This document shows, piece by piece, positions 49,410-58,904 of a stretch of 64,000 nt of DNA (the first letter of the stretch is position 1; every line of letters begins with the position of its first letter). Origin of the DNA: Thermoanaerobaculia bacterium (GTDB lineage Bacteria; Acidobacteriota; Thermoanaerobaculia; UBA5066); assembly GCA_963719225.1 (NCBI GenBank), contig CAVRAY010000001.1, positions 3,232,001 through 3,296,000 on the forward strand, in the 5' to 3' direction. The translations under genes and the position numbers were made by a program. The notes beneath the pieces were generated by a model that was not told where the DNA came from, made no database searches, and saw only the letters and a program-made list of their open reading frames with translations.

Positions 49410-49793
49410 ATGCGGCTCTCTCTCCTCCTCCTCGTTTTTCTCGGCGGCGGCATCGGCTCGGTGTGCCGCTACGCGATGGCCACGACGCTTCAGAAGAACT
49501 TTCCAGGCCCGTTTCCCGTCGGCACTTTTCTCGTGAACCTGCTCGGGTGCTTCGCGATCGGCCTCGTCGGGGCCCTCGGCCTCGAGCGCGCGGCGATCTC
49601 GCCCCAGGCGCGCGTCTTCCTGATGGTCGGAATCCTCGGAGGCTTCACGACTTTCTCGTCCTTCGCGTGGGAGTCGCTCGGCCTTCTCACGGTGAAAGAC
49701 CTGCTCCGCGTCTCGCTCTACGTGGGCGGGTCCGTCTTCTGCGGGCTCCTGGGGGCGTTTCTCGGCCGTTCGATGGGGAGGATCGGCACATGA
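49410..49793 (+). CDS. crcB: Fluoride channel Fluc/CrcB
   Basis: GGGIGSVCRY, GTFLVNLLGCF, GILGGFTTFSSF. Confidence 0.95.
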   Translation: MRLSLLLLVFLGGGIGSVCRYAMATTLQKNFPGPFPVGTFLVNLLGCFAIGLVGALGLERAAISPQARVFLMVGILGGFTTFSSFAWESLGLLTVKDLLRVSLYVGGSVFCGLLGAFLGRSMGRIGT

Positions 49794-50143
49794 AGGACGT
49801 CACGACCGCGAAGCTGCTGCGCATCCACATCGGCGAGCTGGACCGGGCGCGGCATCGGCCGCTCTTCGAGATCCTCGTGGGCGAAGCGCGGGCGGCCGGC
49901 CTTTCGGGCGCGACGGTCCTCCGGGGCATCGAGTCCTTCGGCGCGTCGAGCGTCGTCCACCGCGCGCGGCTCCTCGAGCTCTCCGAGGACCTTCCGATCG
50001 TCGTGGAGATCGTGGATACGGAGGAGAAGATCCGGGCTTTCCTCGAGCGCATCGAGCCCATCCTCGACGAAGCGGCCTGCGGCGTCCTCATGACGATGGA
50101 GAGGGTCGAAATCCTGCGCTGGGCTCCGAAGAAGAAGGGGTGA
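49790..50143 (+). CDS. DUF190 (PII-like) protein, typical crcB partner
   Basis: LRIHIGE.D, GATVLRGIESFG, LSEDLPIVVEIVD; ATGA overlap with crcB. Confidence 0.9.
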   Translation: MKDVTTAKLLRIHIGELDRARHRPLFEILVGEARAAGLSGATVLRGIESFGASSVVHRARLLELSEDLPIVVEIVDTEEKIRAFLERIEPILDEAACGVLMTMERVEILRWAPKKKG

Positions 50144-50144
50144 A

Positions 50145-50990
50145 TTGGGCGTGAAACCCGATCCGAGGAGAGATGACCGGCTGTCGTGGGCCTGCCTGTC
50201 GGACCGCGGGCGCGTCCGGCCGGGCAACGAGGACTTTTCGGGCGACCCCGACTCGCTGGCGGCGCTCGCGGGTCCGCGCGCGAATCTCGCCAAGCGAGGG
50301 GCCCTGTTCGCCGTGGCGGACGGAATGGGGGGCCATGCCCGCGGCGAGGTCGCGTCCAAGCTGGCCGTCGAGGTCCTCTTCACGACTTTCTACACGGGGC
50401 CGGGCGAGAGCGCCGAGAAGTTCCGGCGCGCGATGACGACCGCGAACACCGCCGTCAGGCGCGCGGGGGTCCTGGCGGCGCCGGAGAAGGCCGGGCCGGA
50501 TCCCGGAGCCGCCCCGCTGCGGCCGATGGGCACGACGCTCGTGGCGGCCCTCGTCCTCGGCGAATGGGTCCTCTTCGGCAACGTCGGAGACAGCCGGGCC
50601 TATCTCTTCCAGGACGGGCATCTCGAGCAGATCAGCCGCGACCACACCTGCTTCGCGGACGAGGTGCGCCGCGGCCTCGTCACCGAGGAAGCCGTCGCCC
50701 GGCTGCCCTTTCACCACCTCATCACGCGCTCGCTCGGAGCGCGCGACGAGGTCGACGTGGACCTTTTCTGGCGACCCTGGCAGCCGGGCGCGACGCTGCT
50801 CCTCGCGACGGACGGACTCCACGGCGTCGTGGACGAGCTCTCGATCGCCACGATCCTCGCGACGCGCGAGCCCGCGGACGCCGTCCGGGCCCTCGTCGAC
50901 GCCGCGAACGAAGCCGGGGCGCCCGACAACATCACGGCGCTCGTCGTCCGGAGCCTTCCTCCCGCGCCGCGCGAAAAGCGGGCGACCTAG
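50145..50990 (+). CDS. PP2C-family Ser/Thr phosphatase
   Basis: GRVR..NED, VADGMGG, MGTT, NVGDSRAY, TDGL, DNIT. Confidence 0.9.
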   Translation: MGVKPDPRRDDRLSWACLSDRGRVRPGNEDFSGDPDSLAALAGPRANLAKRGALFAVADGMGGHARGEVASKLAVEVLFTTFYTGPGESAEKFRRAMTTANTAVRRAGVLAAPEKAGPDPGAAPLRPMGTTLVAALVLGEWVLFGNVGDSRAYLFQDGHLEQISRDHTCFADEVRRGLVTEEAVARLPFHHLITRSLGARDEVDVDLFWRPWQPGATLLLATDGLHGVVDELSIATILATREPADAVRALVDAANEAGAPDNITALVVRSLPPAPREKRAT

Positions 50991-50998
50991 AATTCCGC

Positions 50999-51697
50999 AT
51001 GCGCGTCCTCGCGGGCACGAGCGGATTCAGCTACGACGGCTGGACCGGCACGTTCTATCCCGAGGATCTCCCTTCGAACGGGCGCCTGGGCTTCTACGCG
51101 ACGAAGCTGCCCGCGGTCGAGATCAACAACACGTTCTACCGGATGCCGAAGCCGGAGCTCCTCGCGAGCTGGGCCAAGCAGGTGCCGGAGACTTTCCAGT
51201 TCGCGCTCAAGGCGTCGCAGCGCATCACGCACATCAAACGCCTCAAGGAAACGTCCGAGGAGGTGCGCTTCCTCGTCGGATCGGCCCGCCACCTCGGGGG
51301 CCGCCTCGGGCCGATCCTGTTCGGGCTGCCGCCGAACCTGAAGAAGGATCTGCCGCGGCTCGAGTCGTTTCTCGCGCTCCTGCCGAAGGACGTGAAGGCC
51401 GCCTTCGAGTTCCGCAACCCGACCTGGCTCGACGAGGAGGTCTTCGCGCTCCTAAGATCCGTCGGCGCCGCTCTCTGCATCGCGGACGACGAGAAAGGCG
51501 CGACGCCGCTCACGGCCACCGCGACGTGGGGATATCTCCGCCTGCGACGCGAGGACTACACGGCGGCGGACCTCGACGCATGGGCGGCGCGCGTCGGCGG
51601 ACAGGCCTGGAGCGAGGCCTACGTGTTCTTCAAGCACGAAGAGGAAGGTGCGGCACCCGAGCTCGCGCGCCAATTCTCGGAGAGGTTCCCGGGCTGA
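50999..51697 (+). CDS. DUF72 domain protein
   Basis: GTSGFSY..W.G.FYP, VEINNTFY, EFRN.TW, YLRLR. Confidence 0.9.
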   Translation: MRVLAGTSGFSYDGWTGTFYPEDLPSNGRLGFYATKLPAVEINNTFYRMPKPELLASWAKQVPETFQFALKASQRITHIKRLKETSEEVRFLVGSARHLGGRLGPILFGLPPNLKKDLPRLESFLALLPKDVKAAFEFRNPTWLDEEVFALLRSVGAALCIADDEKGATPLTATATWGYLRLRREDYTAADLDAWAARVGGQAWSEAYVFFKHEEEGAAPELARQFSERFPG

Positions 51698-51700
51698 CCG

Positions 51701-52447
51701 ATGAAGGTCGTCACCTGGAACGTGAACGGGATCCGGGCGCGCGAGCTGCAGGTCGTGGAATGGATCGAGCGCGAAAAACCCGACGTCCTCTGCCTGCAGG
51801 AGCTGAAGGCGGCTCCCGAGCAGCTTCCCCTTTCGCTCGTCGCACCCGAGGGCTACAAGACGTACTGGCACGGACACAAGGGTTACTCGGGCGTGGGGCT
51901 GCTTCTCCGCAAGGAGATGTTCGGGGACGACGTGAGCTTCACGCATCCGGACTTCGACCACGAGACGCGGGTCGTGGAGGCGCACCTCCCGGACTTCACG
52001 GTCGCGTCGCTCTACGTTCCGAACGGGGGGAAGGACTTCGCCGCCAAGCTCGCCTTCCTCGAGGCGCTGGAGCGCCGCGCGGCCACCGCGCGGACGGAAA
52101 AGAGGAAGCTCCTCCTGTGCGGCGATCTGAACGTCGCGCTCACGGACCGCGACGTCCACCCGAAGGAGCGGAAGCCCGGCGCGATCGGACAGCGTCCCGA
52201 CGAGCGCGCCCTCGTCGAGAAGATCCTCGCGCAGGGACTCGTGGACACGGGCCGCGCGCTCGACCCCGGAAACGATTCCCTGTTCACGTGGTGGGCGCCC
52301 TGGCGGCAGCTCAAGGAGCGGAACATCGGCTGGCGGCTGGACTACCTGCTTGCGAGCGAAGCGCTCGCGTCGCAGGCGTCGGCGACCCGGGTCTACCGCG
52401 AGTTCGGGACCAGCGACCACGGTCCCGTTTTGCTCGAGCTCGGCTGA
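51701..52447 (+). CDS. xth: Exodeoxyribonuclease III (AP endonuclease)
   Basis: TWNVNGIR, CLQELK, GYSGV, YVPNG, GDLN, GWRLDY, SDH.P. Confidence 0.93.
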   Translation: MKVVTWNVNGIRARELQVVEWIEREKPDVLCLQELKAAPEQLPLSLVAPEGYKTYWHGHKGYSGVGLLLRKEMFGDDVSFTHPDFDHETRVVEAHLPDFTVASLYVPNGGKDFAAKLAFLEALERRAATARTEKRKLLLCGDLNVALTDRDVHPKERKPGAIGQRPDERALVEKILAQGLVDTGRALDPGNDSLFTWWAPWRQLKERNIGWRLDYLLASEALASQASATRVYREFGTSDHGPVLLELG

Positions 52448-52486
52448 GAGACGTCGAGGCGTGACGCGCGGCTAGACTCCCGGGCG

Positions 52487-55204
52487 ATGGCGTCTCCGCG
52501 CATCCGCGTCACGGCGAGCCCCGGCTGGGAGGTCCTGCCGGCCGCGGCCGCCCTGCGTGCGCGCGCGGCCGAGGCCGATCCCTTTCTGGAACGCGTCCTC
52601 GGAGACGGGCGCCTGACCCTCGAAGGAGTCCGCTCCGCGCGACCGCGCCGCGGCGCGCCGACCAGCCCCGGCGCCCTGGAGGCCGAGATCGAATCGCCCG
52701 CCCCGGAGGGGTGGGTGGTCGTGGCCCGCCATCCTTCGGGCGCCCTGACGTTTCATTCGGCGACCGAGATCGACCGGGGGCTCCGCCGGTTCGAGGTGCC
52801 CCTCGCGCCGCCGCCGCTCGCGCTCCGCGGACCCGGCGCCGTCCTCCGCGTCTTCTTTCTACGGGTCGCCGGTGCCGTGGCCGGCGCTCTCCTGCCCGCG
52901 CTCGCGCGGGCCTGGGAGAAGAGACGTTTCGCCGAGGCGCACGTTCCGCTCGGCCTCGTGCGGCTCTCGGCCCAGGCGGGGAAGCTCGTCGCGACGCGCG
53001 CCGCGAAGTCCTCTCTGCCCCATACGGAAGAGCGGAGCCTGCTCTTTCTCCACGGCACGTTCTCGCATGCGGCCGCAGCTTTCTCCGACCTGGGCTCCGA
53101 CGGCGCCTTCGAAACGCTTTCGAACCTCTACGGTGGGCGCGTCTTCGCCTTCAACCACATGTCTGTGGGGCGCTCGCCCGAAGAGAACGTAAAGGCCCTT
53201 CTCGAGGCGATCCGCGGCGCCTCCCTCTCCTCTCTCGACGTCGTGACGCACTCGCGCGGCGGCCTCGTCCTCCGCCTTCTCGCGACCTCGACCGGAGCGC
53301 CTCGGTTGAACCGCGCCTTCCTCGTCGCGTCGCCGAACGAAGGCACCCCGCTCGCCTCGCCCGCGCGCTGGGACAGGCTCGCCGCATGGCTCGCGAATCT
53401 CGGTGAGATGTTTCCGGGCGGCGCGCTCGCCTTCGGACTCGACTTCGCGGCGGAGGCGATCGTGTGGATGGCGTCGCGTGCCGGCGGCAGCCTGCCGGGT
53501 ATCGCCGCGATGGATCCGGCCGGCGCGTTTCTGGAAAGCCTGAATGCGGCTTCGAAGCTGCCTTGCGAGGTCGGGGCCGCCGTCGCGCGCTACGAGCCGC
53601 GCGGCAGCGCGGCCCGGCGGCTCCTCGACGCGGCGGCGGGAGTCTTCTTCGAGGACCCGAACGACCTCGTGGTTCCCACGGAGGGCGGAACTCGCCTCGG
53701 CGCGGCACCCGCAGTCCCGGCGGAGAACGTCGTTCGCTTCGGACCGGGCGGCAACGCGGGCGCGGCCACCGGCGCGATCGTTCACCATCTGAATCTCTTT
53801 GGTCAGAAAGAGACGAGAGAGGGAATCAAGAATTTCTTGGAAAGAAAAGAACGAGAGAAGAGACCGTATTCCCCGGATGTCCGGAGTCAAGGGCGCGCTG
53901 CGCGCGCCGCGAAGCGGTCGAAGACCCTTGACACCGGACTTCCGGGGAGAAGATTTTCAACTATCGGCGGCCGCAAAGCGGCCGCCGCATATAAGAAATC
54001 CTCTTCTCCCCGGGGCGGCCGCAAGGCGGCCGCCTCTGCCTCTTCCTCTTCAGCAGAATCTTCCTCTTCCTCTTCTACTTCCGCGCGTGCGCCGCGCGCT
54101 GCGCGCCGCTTCGAGCTCGTGCTCGTGGGCGGGCGTGGAGGCGCGCCCGCCCACCTCCTCGCGAGCTTCGCGGGCGCGCGCGTCGTGGAGCCCTTCGAAA
54201 CGAAGGGCGGCGCCGCCGGAGAGCGCATGCGCGTCATCATCGCGATGCACGAGCGCGTCCTCGCGGCCCTCGGAGGCGGCGGAGCGGAGCCCCTGCCCGC
54301 AGCGAAGGAGCTTCGCGAATACGGCGCCGTCCTTTTCGAGACGCTCTTCCCGGGCGCCGTGAAGCGTCTCTGGGACGAGGCGCGTGCCGCCGCGAAGGGC
54401 GCGCTCGAGGTCGTCTTCACGCCCGACCTCGACTGGATCGCTGACAAGCCCTGGGAGCTCGCGTGGGACGCGTCGCGCAGGCGCTTCCTGGCGGACGACG
54501 CCGTCCTCGTGCGCGGCGTCTTCGGAGCGCCGCCGTCCCCCGCGCCCCCGCCCGGCCGCGGGCCCCTCCATGTCCTCGTCGCCCTCGCCGAACCGCGCGA
54601 CACGGGGCCCGTCGCCGCGCGGCAGGAGTCCGCCGCGATTCGCGCCGCTCTCGGGCCGCTCGTCAAGGCCGGACTCGTGCGTCTCGAGGTCCTCGCGTCG
54701 ACGTCGCCCTCGGGGCTTCACAGGCGCCTTTCGGCGGGCCGCGTGGACGTCCTGCACTTCGTGGGACACGGGGCCTTCGACGAGAAGGAGAAGACGGGCT
54801 CCCTCTTTCTCGTGGACGCGCGCGGGCGCTCGCTCGCGGTCGACACCGACCGCATCCTGCGCCTCCTCGCGGGACGTGCGCTGAAGCTCGTCGTCCTGAA
54901 CGCGTGCGAGACCGGCCGCGGAGGGCGCACCGATTTCCTGAGCGGTGTCGCACCGGCCCTGGCCGCCGGGGGAATTCCGGCGGTTCTCGCGAACCAGTAC
55001 AAGGTGCTGGACGCGTCCGCCACGGCCTTCGCCCGTCACCTCTACTGGGCGCTCGCGAAAGGCCACAGTCTGAGCGCCGCCGCGCGTGAAGCACGGGTCG
55101 CCGTCTCGTACGCAAAGGGCGCCGAACCCATGGACTGGGCCGTGCCCGTGCTCTACGCGCGCGACACGTCGCTCGTGTTCCGCCGGCCCGCCCGAAAAAC
55201 CTGA
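52487..55204 (+). CDS. Alpha/beta-hydrolase (lipase-like) plus CHAT (caspase-like) domain fusion protein
   Basis: LHGTFS, THSRGG, PNEGTPLA, NDLVVP, HH; CHAT motifs PWE, LHFVGHG, LNACETG. Confidence 0.85.
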   Translation: MASPRIRVTASPGWEVLPAAAALRARAAEADPFLERVLGDGRLTLEGVRSARPRRGAPTSPGALEAEIESPAPEGWVVVARHPSGALTFHSATEIDRGLRRFEVPLAPPPLALRGPGAVLRVFFLRVAGAVAGALLPALARAWEKRRFAEAHVPLGLVRLSAQAGKLVATRAAKSSLPHTEERSLLFLHGTFSHAAAAFSDLGSDGAFETLSNLYGGRVFAFNHMSVGRSPEENVKALLEAIRGASLSSLDVVTHSRGGLVLRLLATSTGAPRLNRAFLVASPNEGTPLASPARWDRLAAWLANLGEMFPGGALAFGLDFAAEAIVWMASRAGGSLPGIAAMDPAGAFLESLNAASKLPCEVGAAVARYEPRGSAARRLLDAAAGVFFEDPNDLVVPTEGGTRLGAAPAVPAENVVRFGPGGNAGAATGAIVHHLNLFGQKETREGIKNFLERKEREKRPYSPDVRSQGRAARAAKRSKTLDTGLPGRRFSTIGGRKAAAAYKKSSSPRGGRKAAASASSSSAESSSSSSTSARAPRAARRFELVLVGGRGGAPAHLLASFAGARVVEPFETKGGAAGERMRVIIAMHERVLAALGGGGAEPLPAAKELREYGAVLFETLFPGAVKRLWDEARAAAKGALEVVFTPDLDWIADKPWELAWDASRRRFLADDAVLVRGVFGAPPSPAPPPGRGPLHVLVALAEPRDTGPVAARQESAAIRAALGPLVKAGLVRLEVLASTSPSGLHRRLSAGRVDVLHFVGHGAFDEKEKTGSLFLVDARGRSLAVDTDRILRLLAGRALKLVVLNACETGRGGRTDFLSGVAPALAAGGIPAVLANQYKVLDASATAFARHLYWALAKGHSLSAAAREARVAVSYAKGAEPMDWAVPVLYARDTSLVFRRPARKT
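53870..54034. repeat. Nested inverted-repeat (REP/MITE-like) element inside a CDS linker
   Basis: 24-bp arms at 53870-53893 and 53925-53948 (22/24 complementary); 12-bp arms at 53942-53953 and 54002-54013; GC hairpins at 53965-53987 and 54014-54034. Confidence 0.75.
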
Positions 55205-55265
55205 CCGGCGAAGATTCCGACACGGTGCTCGTGGGAGTGGGTGCGGCTTTCCACGGTCCGATTCT

Positions 55266-57080
55266 TCAACGCAGGACGGTCGTCGTGTCCGAACGGACGT
55301 GCGCGACACCGATCGCCAGCTCGACCGGCTGCGAGGTCGGAACGTGCAGGATTCCGGCTCGCGGGAAGTCGAAGCCGGTGCCTGCCGCATTCACGCGGAC
55401 GGCGCGGACTTCATAGTCACCGGGCTCGAGCACCTGAGGCGCGAAGAGGACCTCGCCGGCGGCGGCGGCGCTCGTTCCCGCCGCTTCCGCGAGGAGCATG
55501 CCGGGGATCGGGATTCCCCCGCGCCAGAACTGAAGCTCCGCGAGCGATTTCACCTTGCCGTCCGCGTCTCGAACCGTGAGGCCGTAGAACGGCGCGGGAG
55601 GCGCGAGCGCGATGGGCGCGGCGCAGACCTCGAGGCCCTCGCATCCGCCGACGGCGGGAAACCGGGACGCCGACAAGCTGAATCCCGGCGCATACACCCA
55701 GAACGGCAGGCCGGCCCACTCTTCGCCTGGAACCTTCAGCTCCCCTTTCGGGTCCGCCGTGCCGATTTTCCTGAAGGAGATGAAACCTCGAGTCGAGTTC
55801 AGGGCGTCCAGGCCGGCAATCGTCGCCCCCGGGAGCGGCGCGCCGCGCGAATCGGTCACGCGAACGAGGATTTCGTCCGACTTGTCGAGCCAGATGGTCT
55901 CCTCGTGCGCGTCTTCCTGGGCGAGATCGAGCCGGAACGGTTCCCTTGCGGCCAGCCCTTTGCAGCGCGGCACGAGCTCGACGGATCCAGCCGAGAGGCC
56001 GTCGAACGCGATCCTGCCCTTCTCGTCCGACTTGAATGTCTGGTAACGCCCGCCCCCACCCGTCATCAGAAGTTTCGCGCTAACGCTGCAGTCCGCGACG
56101 GGGGACTCCGTGCGCCGCTCCCGGAGGACGACGTCCACCGAGCCGACGTGGATGACGATGTCGACGGGATCGAGGCTCGGACCGCGCTCGAACCAGTCGC
56201 CCCGCCCGGCCGGCTTTTCGGACTCGGCCATCAGCGCAACCCGGCGTCCCGGCGGGAGAAGGAGCGAGATCTCGAATGAGCCGTCCGGCGACGAATGCGT
56301 CGTTCCGATCCCCGAATCCTGCGGCGTTCCACGTTCGAAGAGGAATCCCGCCGAGATCGTCGCCTCGACGGGCGTGTCGTCCTTCAGGTGGACCCGGCCT
56401 CGAAACGTCCGCCTCAGAACCTGCACAGTGGTCCGCGCGACATCCGGATCCTCGCTCCGGCCCGAGACGTTGACGAATTCCGAAGCTCCCCGGACTCCCC
56501 ACAGCTCCAGGAATGCCCGGTAGCGCCCTGGCGCAAGCGGGCCGACGCGCGCGAACGAGTCTTCTCCGACGTCGCGCCGGATCATCCGGGTCTTAATCCT
56601 CGCCGGATCGCAGCGATCCTTCTCGGTCTCACAGCGCAGAAGCTGGATGGCTGGGCGCGCGTCCTCCGGCTTGACGTCGAGGCCATCCACCGCAATCTCG
56701 AGCTTCTGGAGTGGAGCGAGGAAGACGTCTCGCCGCCCGGCCTCGAACCCTTCGGGAAGGTTCAGCGTCGTCGACCTAAGTCCCATGGCTTCGACGACCA
56801 GAGTCGTTGCCTTGCGCGGGAGCGCACCAAGCCGGAGGATCCCGTCCGGCCCGGTCGCCGGAGCTTTCTTGCCGAGCAGTTCTCGCGGAGCAGGCTCCGG
56901 GCTCGATTTGGCGCCCGCCGGCGCCGCGAGCGTCGCCCCTTCGATCGGCTTCCGGTCGCTTCGCACGAGGACCCGGAGGATGACTTCGGCGTGCGCATCC
57001 TCCGGGTCTCCGGCTCGAACCTGATTCGCCAGAACCAGGTGAAGCACGAGGACGGTGGCGCGCGGAAGGGTGAACCTCAT
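55266..57080 (-). CDS. Secreted protein with carboxypeptidase-regulatory-like (transthyretin-like Ig) repeats
   Basis: Signal peptide; KPIEGAT, TGPDG, LAPGRY, SDEKG, VTDSRGAPLPGA motifs. Confidence 0.65.
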   Translation of the reverse strand: MRFTLPRATVLVLHLVLANQVRAGDPEDAHAEVILRVLVRSDRKPIEGATLAAPAGAKSSPEPAPRELLGKKAPATGPDGILRLGALPRKATTLVVEAMGLRSTTLNLPEGFEAGRRDVFLAPLQKLEIAVDGLDVKPEDARPAIQLLRCETEKDRCDPARIKTRMIRRDVGEDSFARVGPLAPGRYRAFLELWGVRGASEFVNVSGRSEDPDVARTTVQVLRRTFRGRVHLKDDTPVEATISAGFLFERGTPQDSGIGTTHSSPDGSFEISLLLPPGRRVALMAESEKPAGRGDWFERGPSLDPVDIVIHVGSVDVVLRERRTESPVADCSVSAKLLMTGGGGRYQTFKSDEKGRIAFDGLSAGSVELVPRCKGLAAREPFRLDLAQEDAHEETIWLDKSDEILVRVTDSRGAPLPGATIAGLDALNSTRGFISFRKIGTADPKGELKVPGEEWAGLPFWVYAPGFSLSASRFPAVGGCEGLEVCAAPIALAPPAPFYGLTVRDADGKVKSLAELQFWRGGIPIPGMLLAEAAGTSAAAAGEVLFAPQVLEPGDYEVRAVRVNAAGTGFDFPRAGILHVPTSQPVELAIGVAHVRSDTTTVLR

Positions 57081-57187
57081 ACGCCCTCACGACTCTATCG
57101 GACAGGCAGCCCGGATGTCGAAGGCCGCTTCGTACCTGAGATCGAGTCTCTATAATGGCGCGGCCCCCGGTCGAGAAAGGAGTAGCG

Positions 57188-58858
57188 ATGAAACTGTCTC
57201 GTCCTCACCTGCGCCTCTCCATGGCCGCCGTCGCAATCTGTCTCTTTCCTCTCGCCTTGCCCGCCACTGCGCAGACGAAGGTCGGCGATACGAAGGACGC
57301 CTGCGACGCATCCCACGTCGTGAAGTTCCAGGCAATCGATGGAACCGCGACCGTGAAGGCCCCTGGCTCGAAGTCCAAGGATCTTCCGGGCCTGACGCGG
57401 GAGATCACGTGGTACTGCGGGGGAACCCGGGAACGGAGCGCGAACGACGAGCAATTCGACCACGTGAAGCTCTTACGCGCGAAGAACGGCGCGATGCAGT
57501 GGACCTTTTTCCGCAATGCGAAGCCAGCCGGGCCGACGGGCTCGGAAGTCCCTCCGGACAAGGACGGCACCTCGGGCCTCACGCGGGTCGGTGAGAGCAA
57601 CGACGCCTGCGACGCCTCGCACAAGATCGCGTTCACGGCGAAGAACGGGGAGCGCGTGCGGCTCGCGGCGGGAAAAACGGAGCTCGTCGAGCTCGAGGGC
57701 CTGACCCGCGAGATCAAGTGGAAGTGCGACGACAGCTCGGAGCGCGTCGCGAATCCGAACGAGTTCAACTGGGTGCAGGTCGAGCGGGCCGGAAACGGCG
57801 CGATCCACTGGGTCTTCTACCGGTCTCCCTCGATGCTGCATCCCGGAAACCGGAAGGCCGGCCCCGCCGAGAACGACGCGAGCTTCGGCGACTTCATCCA
57901 CAACATCCCGGGCGACGTGACCGTGGCGCTCGCCGGGACGAAGAAGGTCTTCCCCAATCCCGGCGTCCTCAAGAAGCAGATCGACACGACGTGGGACGGC
58001 CTGAGAGACACGATCAAGGCGAAGGTCGAGGAGAAAGCCACCGATCCGAAGGTCAGGCTGAACTCCGTAACCCCCGCGTCCTCGGCGACGTCCGATCTGA
58101 GGATCGCGAAGACCGCCACGGGCGTCACCCTGAAGTACGTCGTCCATGGGAACAAGGCCACTGGCACGTATATCCAGAAGGACCCCGGCGTGGACGTGAA
58201 CTTCGTCGCGACGTTCGACGTCGAGGTCGCGCTTCCCTTCGCGGGCTCGCAGCGCCTTTCCAAGCTGAAGGTGGCCGACGCGCGGGCGTTCGCACACCAC
58301 GTCGAGATCGCGGGCGACGTCCCGGGCGACGCCCTCATGGTGGGGTTCGCCAAGTCGCGGGTCCGCGCGGTGGAGACCCGGCTCGACGCCGTCTCGTCGG
58401 ACATCACGAAGGAAGTGAACGATTCGCTCGCCGGAATCCTCGCGCTGCTGAAAGCCGTCATCCCCGCGAACTTCACGCTCGCGTCGATCGGCATCGACAA
58501 GGCGGGCACGCTGCTCGTGTGCGCGAAATCGTCGGCGAGCCAGTCCTGCACCTTCCCCGCCTCCTCCGCGCGGCCCGACTCCCGGGCCGTGCTGGGCCAT
58601 TCCGCCGATCAGTGCAGCGCGGGGAAGATCTGGCTGTGGGACGCGGAACGAGGCCGGTTCGTCAGCGTCGCCAAGGGCGCGAAGGACGTCGTCGTCGAGC
58701 TGGGCAACCGCCGCTTCGAGTGGTTCTGCGGCGGCGACGCGCAGGCGGACGAGAACAACGACGAGTGGGCGAGCGGCGATCCGGGGACGTTCGCGGTACG
58801 CGCGTCCCGCGATGCTTCCAGCCGCGAGATCAAGTGGGAGTTTCTCTCCTGGAAGTGA
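57188..58858 (+). CDS. Secreted protein with three ~75-aa two-Cys repeat domains
   Basis: AAAGGAG RBS; signal peptide; two close repeats VG...DACDASH...LTREI.W.C...ER.AN...RA.NGA..W.F.R and a diverged third copy at the C-terminus. Confidence 0.75.
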   Translation: MKLSRPHLRLSMAAVAICLFPLALPATAQTKVGDTKDACDASHVVKFQAIDGTATVKAPGSKSKDLPGLTREITWYCGGTRERSANDEQFDHVKLLRAKNGAMQWTFFRNAKPAGPTGSEVPPDKDGTSGLTRVGESNDACDASHKIAFTAKNGERVRLAAGKTELVELEGLTREIKWKCDDSSERVANPNEFNWVQVERAGNGAIHWVFYRSPSMLHPGNRKAGPAENDASFGDFIHNIPGDVTVALAGTKKVFPNPGVLKKQIDTTWDGLRDTIKAKVEEKATDPKVRLNSVTPASSATSDLRIAKTATGVTLKYVVHGNKATGTYIQKDPGVDVNFVATFDVEVALPFAGSQRLSKLKVADARAFAHHVEIAGDVPGDALMVGFAKSRVRAVETRLDAVSSDITKEVNDSLAGILALLKAVIPANFTLASIGIDKAGTLLVCAKSSASQSCTFPASSARPDSRAVLGHSADQCSAGKIWLWDAERGRFVSVAKGAKDVVVELGNRRFEWFCGGDAQADENNDEWASGDPGTFAVRASRDASSREIKWEFLSWK

Positions 58859-58859
58859 C
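58769..58859 (+). repeat. Direct repeat copy 1 (last 30 codons of the upstream CDS)
   Basis: 82/91 nt identical to 59433-59523. Confidence 0.9.
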
Positions 58860-58904
58860 TTGTTCCGCCGTGGCTTCGAGCCGAAGGCGGCGTAGGGCGA
58901 AACT

